A stretch of 55,835 nucleotides of DNA from Atractiella rhizophila (taxonomy: Eukaryota), in NCBI GenBank assembly GCA_021432655.1, contig MU271481.1:1-55835 (forward strand), in the 5' to 3' direction. How positions within the stretch are numbered: the stretch's first letter is position 1; the number at the start of each line of letters is the position of its first letter. Below the pieces are notes generated by a model. That model worked only from the letters and a program-made list of their open reading frames with translations, was not told the origin of the DNA and did not search any database. Of the stretch, positions 24,264-37,030 are shown piece by piece. The translations under genes and the position numbers were made by a program.

Positions 24264-26332
24264 ACATGCGACGTCTGTCTGGGCACCGAACTCATCCTGC
24301 TACAAAGCCCTCCTCCAATCTGATCCCGAGCAACATTTCCGGGACGGTCTTCCCTCTCCGTTCGGTCCAAAATGTCGAAACAAAGTCCTTCCACTTTCCC
24401 TCTACGCTTTGCGACGTACTACCCTCTTAGCCACCCTTTCCGTTCCCTCCCTCACCTTCTCCTCCCTCCTTCAACTTGTTCAAGCGCTCTTCGTTCTACA
24501 AGCTCAGCACGCAAAGTGGTTTCTCGCTCATCGAGAATATATATTCAGGAAAACCACACTTCCTCTCTCCCCAAGGTCTGCAGCAAGCCATACGCGGATG
24601 TTCATCCTGCAAGAATTGGAGAATATCGCTCTGGTTTTTGCTGCTCAGTGGATTTGCGACGAGGCAAAGAAGTTATGGGGCTGTGTGGACGAGTATCGAG
24701 ATGATTTGAATGCTATTGGACGAATAGCAGAGAAAATGACACAGGAGTCGGTTGATCGCGGGCTGATGCTTCTTCGGCGTGGATTAACTGTATTTTCACC
24801 CCTTTGTTGTGACTGAAAGTTGGACATTGATTTGGATAACTAGGTGGAGGCATTTGAAGAGCTATATGGTCCGAAAGGAATGTTTATGTGGAGAGCACAT
24901 CGCGTCTTTGAAAAATTGCCTGGAGGAGCAGAGTGGTTTTACGACTATTTCAAACGTGCTGAAGGGGAGACTGAACAAATAAAAAGGCTGAACGACATCG
25001 AATCGTAAGCTTGACATTTCTCGCTGTGAAGCGGAAGATTGACGTAATGAGATAGACTGCTCGATTTCGCCTCTCCCGCTGCTTGGTTCGGTGCCAGTTA
25101 TATCGGATGGGTGCGCTTGTTTGAGGATGTCTTGGATAGGTGCTACATGGGCTTTGATCCGACAACCGTCGAGGTAAAGTACCTTGAATTCTCCAAAACT
25201 AGTACTGATTGGCAATGAATGTCCAGGGAACGAGGCTGAAAGCCGAGTTCATCGCTAAAACTTGGTTGCCGCCTATCATTGAGCCTTCGACATGTATAAC
25301 CCCGCTGTTCGCCTCTACACGACCTATCACAGAAAATAATGGTTCAAGCAGCATCATCCATAACAGTCATGATCGGGAAAGTAAGACTCAGGAACATACC
25401 ACGCGGTCTGCACTGGATAGGGAGGAAGACGAGGACGACTTGGAGCCTTCACGAAAGCGCAGGCGAAGGACATGTCGGAGATGCAGAAAACCGAGTTGTC
25501 GAGGTCACAAAGGTTCATTCTGCTCCCAGATCGTCAATATTATTGCTTACTGTATACGAGTTCACCAGATATTGCCTTATGCCCTGAGAAACCCAGAATC
25601 CCTTGTGCACGGTGTGGCGGGCTAGAATCATGCCCAAGAGGTGTGATCGCTTTCCTTCGCGGTCTCTAGAAATAATGCTGGCATTAGGGGCGGATGAGGG
25701 TCGTGAGTGCAGTAACGCTGTTGGTGGTTCTTTGGAACCACAGACAAAACAAGCACGAATCGAGACGAAGTCGCAACCACGGTGAGCTTTTTCGTCGCCG
25801 TAACAGCTCCGGTTAAAGTTTGATTGCTCTCTGTGGAAGGAAACGAGATGTTAACGCAGAGAAGGAGCGAAGAAAGAGCCGCACGTGCCGTCGATGTAGG
25901 AAAGACACATGTAAGCTCTTCTTCACTCGCTTCGACGTAAACTTAACACGTTGAGTAGGTAAAGGGTACATAGACATTTCTCTTTGCCCTGAGACACCGA
26001 AAGTCGCCTGTATTAAGTGCCATCGACTAGACTGTTTGGGGGGTAAGTACCCGGCGTTGTCAGTAACCAATGCTGACACTGCTGGTGCAGGTGCAGATGG
26101 TGGCAGACATTGTCAGAATTAGGTTTCTCATGTATTATTCTCGTTAGGGATTGTTTAGAACTAGTCACATTAATCGATGGATGCGTTTGTTGTAACTTCT
26201 TGATCTCCGACCATTGTAAAGTAGTCACGCAATTATAAAATCCTTTATTTCTACCAATCTAATCCAGTTAAGCATTAAGGAAGCACAAACACAGAAGCAC
26301 ATTGAGAAATTCAACACTAAACAAATCATTGA
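24264..26332. repeat. Tandem segmental duplication, copy 2
   Basis: Same start and end strings as copy 1, scattered substitutions, indels only in introns/3' flank. Confidence 0.97.
24308..26122 (+). other. Duplicated 3' exons of the 20910 gene (no own start exon; reading frames intact)
   Basis: Acceptor AG at 24306-24307, exon frames open to TAG 26120-26122, Cys repeats conserved. Confidence 0.7.
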
Positions 26333-26383
26333 TGGTATTACACTGAGAATGCTGTGCTGTCCTTTAAACAACAAGTCTCACAA

Positions 26384-29300
26384 TTACAGATTGACTTCTT
26401 GCAGAATCCTTCGAGCTTCAAAGAAATATGAGAGAGGTGATGTGTGAGAAGCGAAAAACATACCTATGGAATGATATTGCCACAAATCGCCAGAAATGCG
26501 ACGAAACTGCACTCCGTTGATGGCTATGAGCCAAGGAACCTTTACAATCGTGATCTCGAAACGTAGGATCATTTCTTTTGGATCGTTCTTCTCCGATACC
26601 TCGCTCAGCTTGATACTTGGCGCATGGGTGCATTCGAAACCGGAAGGTATCTCTACACTCTCGACTCCAAGGCGGTTGAGCACCTGAATGAGATCTTGTT
26701 TGATTTTAGTGGCGGATTTAGTCGTAGTAGTGGCAACAGAAAAAAGACCCTTGAGATACACCGGTTTGGCTTTCGTTACGACCTTGGCGGACGGAGTTCT
26801 CGAAGGACTGAGGGGAGGAGCCGGAGATTTTGGTTGTGCCACCATTTCCTCCGGTATGGGGGATCTGGCCTCAAGTCCGAGCACTTCAGGACGCTGATTT
26901 GTCTCCAGCGAAGTGTGGCGGCGTCTAGTATCTCTCGCGTCAGAAGAGAATGTTGCCCCACCAACAGATACTGCCCGCCCATGTCGGCTCCAAGTCCCAT
27001 GGGTACCCTGCCTACGATGATCCACAGGAGCAGGACCGTGTTCGTCAACTTGTGGGAGAGCCGATCCGCGACTAGTTACCCGACGAACACCTGTGTTCCC
27101 CCCACCAGGAGCAGTTTGTCCTCCAATAAACTGCACAGGCCCTCCCACGCTATTCCTCTGCTTATGTCGTCTGAACTCCGTCTCACGAAGCGAAGTCGCA
27201 CGACCTATCGTTGTCCCTTCTGCGTTGTGTACGCGACCAAGAGTCGGCGGAGGAGACCTGGGAGCTGATGGAGCATTGAGAGATCGCCTTCGAGCGACAG
27301 GAGAGGCGGGTGGAGCAAGGTCACCTTTCTTCGGTGACGTAGGTGTTGGAGGGACTGGAAGATGTTTGTCGTTCAAGTGTGGAGTGGGAGGGTAGATCGG
27401 CGGATACGGGGGGACGTTTGAGAGGAGCGAGATCGATGAAGATGCCAACTTTCCCCCTCCATGCACGCTCTCCCTCTCTCTCTTCTCCCGCACCAGATAA
27501 TAGATGGATACGAGAGGATGGAAGCCTTTTGTCGGGTCCCACGTGTCCGGCTTGCTTGCAGGTAAGAGAAGGGGGAAGGCGTCCGGCTTGGGCTCGGGTT
27601 CCGCGCTTTTGCCATCATGTTTGAAGAAAGTTGTCATCCTTTTAAAGTCTACTGAAAATCGCTTGCTCGGATTTCTCGAAGCAGAGAGAGTCGAAGAGCA
27701 TCTTTGCATCCCAGAAGCCGAATTCAGACTCTCGTCACTTTTCGCATTCCTCTTCCTATTCGCATCCCAATTCCTGACGGCGGCCGCATAATCCTCACTC
27801 CTTAAAACGTCCAGCAATTTATCGGTTATCTCTTCTTCAGAGCCAAAATCGAAGCCAGCCATCCGTTTAATCACGTCTGGATCCAACTCGGAAATCTGTA
27901 ACGGTTCTCGGATTGGCAAATATGAGTCGGGAGGGCCGTCAAAACCTTTATTCAGCCATGGATGATTGATGATCTCGTAAACAGTCGCACGCTTGAAAGG
28001 ATCGATCACAAAAATCTTCGCGAGGAGATCCCTGCATTCTACGAACCGGCATTAGATCAGTCCTCACGTGCTCTTGAATCGAGAAGGTGCGCCTCACCAG
28101 TTGTGAGGTAGTCAGGAAGGTGCGCCTTCCCAGCCTTAATTTTCGCGTGGAGCGCTGGCATGCTCTCATCTTCAAACGGTACCCTTCCACAAACCAATAC
28201 ATAGAGGACGACTCCAAAACTCCAAACGTCAACTTCTGGACCGGTATAGATCTTCGCGCTCAAGAGTTCAGGTGCAGCGAAGTAAACAGATCCACAAAAC
28301 GTGGACAGCTTCGCCATCGGAGAGAAAAGGTTGGACAGGCCGAAATCGGTCAATCGAATGTTCCCTGTCTTCGAAATGAGGATGTTCTCAATCTTCAGAT
28401 CACGATGGACGATGTTGTTTCCGTGACAATACTCTATCGCGCTCATTATCTGCCTCGCGAATCCTCGCGCTTTTCTCTCCGTCAGTCGACCATGCGAGAT
28501 GATATAATCCAGCATCTACGCGTTCGCCCCAAACTTCGGATCGGGCAGGAGAAACGAGAGGAAACGAACCTGTCCTCCAGACACATACTCCAATACAAAA
28601 GCATAGGTATCGGGGTAGACGAGGAGAGACTTCATTCCGCAAATGTAGGGGTGGTGTAAGAGGAGGAGGATGGAAGCTTCACGTATCGTACGGACTTCGT
28701 TGGAGGCATCTTTTTGCACCGCTTTATCGAGTTGGGACGGGGTGATAGTCAATGGTTCCTCAGACTTAGCTTGTTTTGACTCAAGTTTGCGAGTGATGGG
28801 ATAGCGTGGAATGATCTTGATCGCAACCTGGATCCATAATATCAAGAGATATCCCAAGCAACGATATCTACCACCCACAAAGGGGGAGACTGATCATGCA
28901 TGAAGAGAAGGCAAAGTTCTGGAAGTTAAAGGTAATGAGAGGAGCGCGTCTGGATTTGCTTAAGCGCTCAAGGACAGATTAACATCGATAAGCTTTCTGT
29001 GTATCTTTCTGATCGCGAAGGGGATTCATTCACCCAGAATAGAATTCAGTGACAGGCGAGCCTTCTTTGTATGCCGTGACCCATACTGTAGTCGAAGAAA
29101 ACTTTGGAAAGAGAATATGAGAAGCATACGGCTCAAAATCACGAAATATGGCCATCGAGGTGCCTCTTTGAAATTGAAATGAAACAGCATCATCAGACAG
29201 CAAGATTACTCACAGCTTCGCCTGTAGGTCCAAACGCTAACTTGACCTTCCCCATACTGCCAGCACCAAGGGTCTTCCCCAACACCCATTCACCAAGCTG

Positions 29301-29399
29301 CGCCGGTTTCTTTGAGCTCTTTGGTGCTTCATCCTGCAACTGCACAGCTGACGATGGTGGCGTCTGGTTAGCGGGTTCAACCGGCTCCGGGACTGCCAT
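26384..29399 (-). CDS. KIN1: Kin1/Kin2-type (PAR-1/MARK) Ser/Thr kinase with C-terminal KA1 domain
   Basis: [104 protein letters not shown]...[14 protein letters not shown]; intron 1 = 28828-29213. Confidence 0.93.
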
Positions 29400-29629
29400 T
29401 CTGATTAAGTGCGTAAGGAAACCTGGTAAGCCCCGGGAAAAGTGCCGGTTGAAGCCCAAGGAACCCAAACCAAGGTCAAAAAGGGGGGGCCAACCCGGAA
29501 AAAGAAGGGCCAACGGATCGGCCTTGGGGCCAAAAACCCGGCCTAAGGGGAATAACGGGGCCGTCCGGGTCCCAAATCCGCCCAATTCAACGTGGTGGGC
29601 AACTGGCCCGAAAGTGATTAATCAAGATG

Positions 29630-30720
29630 AAGAGATATTATCTACAATTGCTGAGGCTTCGAGATGATCGTCCTTCCGTTCCCACGGTCCTCTCCCGTCG
29701 TTTTCTCATTCGGCATCTTAATCGGTCTGCTTGTAATGCCGTGAACCGCTGGATGCTGGCTTGGAATCGGGAGTTGCTCGAGAAGACCTTAGCATATTTG
29801 GGGCGATATCGTCACGCAGCAACAGTGCGGTGTCCGGCTTCGCCAATCCAGAGCAAAATGAGGCAAAAGGTCATTCGCTGTGTGAGTGTCCAAGTGCGAT
29901 TCAGGATCTGCAGCGATTTCTGTGCCTTGAATGGAACCACAGACGCTCTAGACAAGGACATCTTGACAGCTTCGATGGAGCCAGTAGATTGAAGTTGGAA
30001 CCTGATTGCCACCTAATCTTCTACAACCCTCAATAGCTTCAATAGCCTTTATTCTCACTTCTATTTCCCTCACCTTCCGCCTCCTCCCGGTCTTGTCTTT
30101 ATTGCGGCGAAGCAATCGTTTCGCCGGTTCTCTTAATATGAAGCAACTTCTACCTGTAGAAGATAATGAGCCGTTGGCATGGATTCTTGTTAGTGTTTGC
30201 GGCAAGCATCGCCAACTTATCATCGAATGGACTTGCTCGCTCAGCAGGCCCGGAGTAACAGACACAGAAACACTATAAAACATCGAGCAAGTTGCGAACT
30301 TTTCCCCAACGGCCAGTAAAGATGTCTCAAACTCAAACTTCCACTAAAGAAAAGACCGACTTGATGCACGTCTTGAGCACTTGCGGAATCGGAGAGCATT
30401 ATGACAAGTAAGCGTAGCCCCTTTCTTCTCTTCGTAATGTTTGCTCATTTTGCGTCAAACCTAACCCACAGATTTGCAGCCTCCAAGTTCAATACTATGC
30501 GGTATGCTCTCCTTTCTCAGACCTTTGTAGCTGAGATATTTGATGCAAGTTCCCTGGTGGATGTGAAAGAGAAAGACTTAATTGATATCGGAATTCCAAC
30601 TGAGGCTTGCAAGGTGAGCATTGCCCTCGCACAGAATGAGAAATTGAAGTATATGCGTGAATAGAGCTTTTTGCTCCAGCTCGGGAAAAAAGAGGTCAAA
30701 GGTCAATTTCGTTATGGATC
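29630..30720 (+). pseudogene. Possible degenerate spliced gene relic
   Basis: Several good donor sites (GTGAGT ~29882, GTAAGC ~30408, GTGAGC ~30614) flanking coding-like segments, but no continuous frame could be built. Confidence 0.25.
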
Positions 30721-32259
30721 ACCTCTCTTCCTAACCATGCTGATTGCGCAATAAACAGTAAACCAGAACGCATCGATTCCGTATCCCATTACTTTTGGAA
30801 GTATGTCTTCCCTCTTTATTGCGACGCTTTGTTCACGGACCCCTATTTGCCATGTAGGATGACAGAGGTGACGAGGTGACGCGTCACGGCCGATTGAACA
30901 AATGTACTTGTACCTTGTATTCCTCAGGATTTGTATTGGAAATAGCATGTGCAATCTTACCAGTGCCTTGATCCAGATCTGGTTCGTCTGCGCCGTATTC
31001 GTGTTCACTCTGTCCTGCCCGAGCGTCATCTGTAAGCCTACTGTCACCCTTGACGATATCATCCAATCCTCGGACGGACCTTCCTTTCCTGTTCCTCTTC
31101 AGCAACTCGCCCGTCGTCACAATCTCGACGTAGTTTCGAGCGTACACGTCGGACAGTCCGATGACATCAGGAATGGGAAAAATATCGCGGCCGATGAAAG
31201 TGACCCATTGTGGTCAAAGGTCCCCTTTCACTGAAAACGCTGAAGACCAAGCGTTGCAAGCTTGCAAGCTACAAACAGTCACATTTCATTGAAAGTCATC
31301 TAGAAGGCATGCAGCTGATCAGGCTCCTTCTGTCACGTTGGACAACGCGCAATATGGTAGCAATCACCTCGCCCTCATTTATTGGGTTAGGTTCTGGGTT
31401 CTGCAATAGAAAGTTTGATGGTCGAGTTCAGAGTTCAAGGGATGATTAGATTTGCTGCGGTCTGACAAGAACCGTTACTCATGTTCTGGAATCCTCAGCC
31501 CATCGCCGTAATACCAAGCGGTTGGGCTTGCAGCCACTGATAGGCGTCAGTTAACGGAATGGATGGACTGTAAATTACAGAAAATACCGTGAGGATTCCC
31601 TTTCTTCTGGCGTGCAATCCTCCCCACCATACAGTGTGTCTTGTATGCTTGTATTGTCAAGAATCGGCAGACAGAAGGTTCTTAAACTGTCCTCAGGCTG
31701 TTGCAGGTTGTCACTGTGCCGCCTTTAGCAGAGAACTTAGCATGTCGCATTTCTTGATTGCTCCTGCCCGTGTTTCATGAAAATGACCTTGAGAAGTTGA
31801 GAAAGCTGCACGATGATTCAAGTATTGTATTTTGCGCTCACGGAGGCTTGGGTTAGCTTTATGCCTCCTTTGACTGGATGAAGACCGTCAGATCCATTAT
31901 TTGCTCCAAGCCCCGGTACGCGAAATCCGAATATTACAGTTCCCTCACCTGCTCTCACCAGTGAGCGTGCTACCCTCTTCCATACTGCTTGCGAATATAC
32001 GCAAGTGTTGGCAAGTATGGATAGACATAGACGGATATGGGAGCATCCTGCATTATCCTGCGGCTCCTGAATCGGATGCAAAGCCAAGTCTTCGCGCACG
32101 AGTTGCTTTCAAGGGACCGAGGAGGTGAGCTACAACAGAGTAGAGTAGGTAGCGGACCAATACATAATAAATGGTTATCCAGATGCAGGAAGCTTTATAT
32201 ATATCGCCTATTCATTCAGAAACCCAACAGTATAGCTATCGAAATATATATCAACCTTC

Positions 32260-33729
32260 ATGTCATCCTCAAACACGGAAGATAGCAAAAGCCTGTACGA
32301 TTATGAGTGAGTGCGACTCCCCTCAATTGTCCTTGCTATTGATTGTTCTCTAGCCCAAATGGTTCTCTTCCAGTCGTCGCAGGAGTTATCTTTGTCATTC
32401 TTTTGGCACTCCACCTCTGGCAAGCCTTCAAAGCGAAGACCTGGTTCTACATGGTGCCGCCAATTTTATACTGATCATGTTTGCATTCTAACATGGTATG
32501 GGATAGTCACCCTTCATTGTTGGCATTGTGGTTGAGGCAGTTGGCTATTTTCTACGCAAAATTTCCGTTGGAGATCAAGAGTAGGTGTTCTTCGCGTATT
32601 GCATCAACTTTCTCACATTCCGTAGTTCATTGGGTCTCTACGCCGGTCAACAATTGGCGATAGTAGTAGCACGTACGTCCTGTCATTTTCAATAACGCAG
32701 TCCTAATCTCCACGTTCCAGCTTCACTGCTCGCCGCCTCACTGTATCAGTGTTTCGGGCGGTGTGTACTTTTTGTCGGCGCCGAATACAGCCCAGTGCGC
32801 CCCACTTGGGTCACACGAATATTTGTCGCTGGAGACGTCGTATCATTTCTAGGCAAGCCATTCCACTTGTCACCGGTCTTTAGAATATTCTCACGTCTCT
32901 CTTCTAGTTCAAGCAACTGGTAAGACCCTTCCGTCCTTGTAATAAAGCTTTCCCATTAAAGAGCACCTAGGCGCCTCCCTCTTCGCTAAGGATGATCTAA
33001 CCAAAGATGAGCGCGGTATACCCTTCGTTGTACAGTAACTGGATTGTCCTAACGAGCGCTGAGCGCACAGATCGAGCAAGACTCATCCTAATCGGGGGAC
33101 TGTCGATTCAAGCCATCTTCCTTGCTGTCTTCCTCTTCCTGCCTTTCATTTACACTAGACGGTACAATAAGGCGAACTCATCTCGGACAAGCAAAGCGAT
33201 CAAAATCCTCCCCATTTTGCAACTGGTCTCAGGACTCATCTTGGTCTGCCCTACTGTTCTGCCTTTTCCCCGCAGATGGTACTCATCATGTAATAAACAG
33301 GTCCGCTGCATTTATAGGTTTGCAGAATTCGTAACTTCGAACAACGGCACTGGATACCTTTTGGAGCACGAGGTGTGGTGTAAGTTACTTCGCCTTGCTC
33401 ATTGCATGCCGAGCGAGCGACGGCTGACGAGAACTTCAAGTTTGGATTGGAGAAACGCTCCTAATTATTACCGCCTGTTCAATTTTTGGGATCTACTATC
33501 CCGCACGGCGGGTATTTCCTTGGTTTAATATATGCTCCTGAATCTGCTCTTCTGCAACAGGTGGATTCCAAACGACAAGTCATTAAGGGAAAGCACCTCT
33601 GTTCTGCCGAAACACGTCTCTCAGGATTTAGCATACACTGGCGGGCCAGCACACGAATATCAAGGATTGACAAGCCTACCTCCTTCACAAGGGTCAATGC
33701 TCAACATCCCCATGAGTTACAGCAACTGA
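32260..33729 (+). CDS. RTA1-like (lipid-translocating exporter family) 7-TM protein
   Basis: SLYDYDPNGSLPVVAG, LAASLYQCFGR, YSPVRPTWVTRIFVAGDVVSFLVQATG, LIGGLSIQ, RCIYRFAEF...GYLLEHEVW. Confidence 0.88.
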
Positions 33730-34235
33730 GTTAATGAAGCTTTCCTGATTCCTAGACGTTGTATCCTTCACGATATTGCAAACAGAATTGCCTTTCGATG
33801 GGAGATATTTCTATAGCATATTGTGGCGAGCCGGAAGACAGTAAATGGACATTTGTAATCCACTGAATTATTCCATTGTCGCATCACAGCGGAACGAAGT
33901 TGAAAGCAGCTTCCGAGTCTGCGGAAGAAGGGGTTGCAGTCTTTCACCTTGCTTTCACCTATTAATCGTGGTAGTCTCAACTAATCTTAAGAAACAGTAC
34001 TTCGCCAAAGATTGTCCAAAGTCGTCAAATGCATCAAGACCCTCATAGCATCATACACGACTTCAAATTGGCGGCTGAAAACAGGTCTAGCTTTAGACCG
34101 GACGAGAGCTTCTTCACCATCCTGGAATCCATGGCCCTTTCTCCTTTCCTTTCCCTGTTGACGTTCCGTCCCGAGAGAAAGTGACGCGCGACCAACAAGA
34201 AAACAATCAATTCCACTCTTTTGGACAAGTTGGAA

Positions 34236-34930
34236 CTACAGCTCCTCCTTTTTGGGGGCAGTCTTACCGACTATTTCAAGCAGTTCCACCTCAAAGATAA
34301 GGTCCGCGTTGGGAGGAATAGCCCCTGGCGCGCCACGAGAGCCTATTGACGACGTGGAGGAACAATCACTTGTTGTAGTAAGAAAATGGAGAGGGAATGA
34401 ACGAACCGTAGCCCATGGAGGAAGGAATTACAAGCTTCCTTTTCTCGCCAACGCACATATCCGTCAACCCCTGATCCCAGCCTTCCAAATAACTCTTTTG
34501 TGAGCGCGAGAGAGGAGGCGGGAAAGGAAAAGGACCTTTGATGACCTGTCCGACACCGAGCTATCACGGATAGAATGAATAGGAATTGTTACAACAGAAA
34601 CAAGGAGAGTGAGAAAGCTCACCCGAAACTTGAACGGTTGTCCACGGTCCAAAGAAGAATCAAATTTTGTGCCGTCAGCGGCGAGCATGCCAGTATAATG
34701 CATGGCGAGAGTATCGCCAATTTGAGACTTGAAGGGACTACATCACGCAGCGAATGTGTCCAAAGAGGTCACGAACAATGAAAACAAGGAATTATTGCTT
34801 GTCACTAACCCTTGACCGCTTTTGAAAGAAGAACATACCAGTCAGCGGGGAGGTGCTTCACGCCAATTTGCAGTTGGTCCACTGCGAGTGCCAGACCTGA
34901 AAAGAGGAGAGCAAACAAGAAGCGGATCAT
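34236..34930 (-). CDS. FPR2: FKBP-type peptidyl-prolyl isomerase, ER-lumenal (FKBP2/FPR2)
   Basis: Signal peptide [57 protein letters not shown]-terminal KEEL* retention-like signal. Confidence 0.93.
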
Positions 34931-35241
34931 TGCTGGAAGGGATGAGCGGATGAGCAAGTCTAGCAGAGGCCGAGTTGTTGAGTTGTTGAGATGGGATGTT
35001 TGTGCAGTTTCCCCGCGGTCACGGCTACGAAAGCAGAACACGTGGCAGTGGTATGATGTGAACAACTTGGAACAACCTCATATTTCCTACGTAGAATCCC
35101 GCCTTTACTATTAGTGCATTTACTGCAAATAACACAATTACACTCGTATTCATTGCAAGGGTTTGTCCGCGTGTATGTATCTATCAGCAATGAAAAGGTC
35201 CATCTACAATGCTACAGCCTGAGTGCAGGACTTCTCTACAA

Positions 35242-37030
35242 CTAGCAGTGTAACAAGAAAAATGAGAGGGCAAGTCCTGTTGCGAAGAGTCTGACGCTGT
35301 ATGTGAGGCATGAAGCAGCACCATCGTAGCCTAGTTGATATGCCGTCTGGTTTCCAAAGAATGTACGATGCCAATCTTCCACCGTTGCGTTCCCCTATCC
35401 ACCATCCAGACTTCTATAAGCTACAATCCTGAAGCAGTCCAGAGAAAGCAACATACTCCCACAATCCTGTAATCGTTTAATTGCTCTGCTGATGCGTTTC
35501 CAATCTATTTTCCAAGTGAGTTTCAACGCGCGAGAGTCAAGCAAGAAGACAATGTCGTACCTTGATATAGTTGAAAAAGCTAACGGCCGTCAAATTGGGA
35601 AACCTGTTCTTGGTTTCGACAGCAAGCAACTGCTGAGCCCAAACGGCTTTCATTTGCACCTCGCTAGCTCCACCATCGTGTGGTGTGAGGGAGGTGAGGT
35701 TTGATACCTCATCGAAAGGCACTTCTGAATCGGCTGGGTAGTGGGCAAGAGATTGAGGAATATAGTAGTGATATTGTGCTGCTGTCTCGCTGACGACGAC
35801 GGGATGAGAGGGTCCGTAGCTTTGACCAGCGAATCAGCCAAGCATGTAGAAGAAATGCATAGAACGAACCGATCGTGGAACCTTGAGAAGAGAGAAAAGA
35901 AAGTTCCATCAGGCGTGACGGTATTCAGTGTTTGCCCTTCACCCGAAGAATAGAAAGAGAGTCCGGCAATGTCCACATCTATCTCTCATTCCATCAGCTG
36001 AATGGAACATGCCGTCGAACCAGAAGGAGATACATTCGGTCCCCTGTGTTACGCAAAATGTCAGCTCTGGTGATTGGAAAAAGAGCCGGGTTTCGAACGA
36101 ACGGGATAATAAGCCTCATAACCCCTTAGCTGCCCAACATCTGTTGCATCTGCACTTCCATAGATGTTCGGAGACCACAGCATGAACGTGCTGTTTGTAG
36201 ATGCGTGGACTGCAGACGCTAGATCTCGAAAGGCAGTTATGAAAGGCTCGGGTTGCAAGCCGTACGCCATCCATTCTCCATTCTAGTTTCTCATCATTCT
36301 AAATACGAAGAGAGAAGAGAAGATACATACCATCTCGTACGCAAATCTGTTTAATGTTAAAGCAGTTCAGTACCAGGAAGATGAGACAAACCGTAGCCAA
36401 ACAGTGATATTACGTCGGTTGAAGTTCCTGCACTTCTCAACAAGCGCATCTCGCATCGCGCCAGTCCATCCGTCCCCCTCTAAACTGCGGCTAGGAATGA
36501 TGGCAGGTGCATAGACAGTACCTTCTGGCAATTCGGACAGCCCGTACGAGTGCCAGTCCATTTGCCCTAGAGAAGTGTCCTACAATCCAGCGTCGAGCTT
36601 GAGTATTGGAGTAAGTATATCGGATTTAGAGATGACGAACAGAAGGAGAAATGGACACGTAGTCGCCGACGATGGCGATGGGAGCGCCTAGACGCTGATT
36701 GATGTCGCGAGGCGATTCATTGGTCCAATCCGGCAGAGCACTTGTGGGAAGATAAGCGTCAGCTCAGCGTAACCGGATAGGATGACATTAAATCACCCTA
36801 CGTAGATTCCACTCTTCGAGATCTTGTCGCTAGTCAGTCCAAGATCAGAAGGACGTTCACGTTGGGAGATCCCAACGGTACTGAACAAAAATCAAAGATG
36901 ATTCAAATAATCATTAAAGAGGAAAGCTCACAGTAGACTTGTAAGGAGCGTGAAGTGAGACCGCGGCAACATAACAAACCAGAAGGCAAAACGAGCTGGG
37001 GGATTCCAAATCAGTCTTCAAATGCTTCAT
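35242..37030 (-). CDS. Glycoside hydrolase family 26-like protein, secreted/probably GPI-anchored
   Basis: VWLRFAYEMNGEW (acid/base Glu), MLWSPN, YEAYYP, VDIAGLSFY, PVVVSET (nucleophile Glu), RFPNLTAVSFFNYIK; ends YDGAAS + hydrophobic tail. Confidence 0.8.

Noticed and set aside
22197..26332. Duplication as LTRs or a transposon
   Set aside because: Copies abut directly, lack TG..CA ends, TIRs and TSD, and consist of host-like spliced exons
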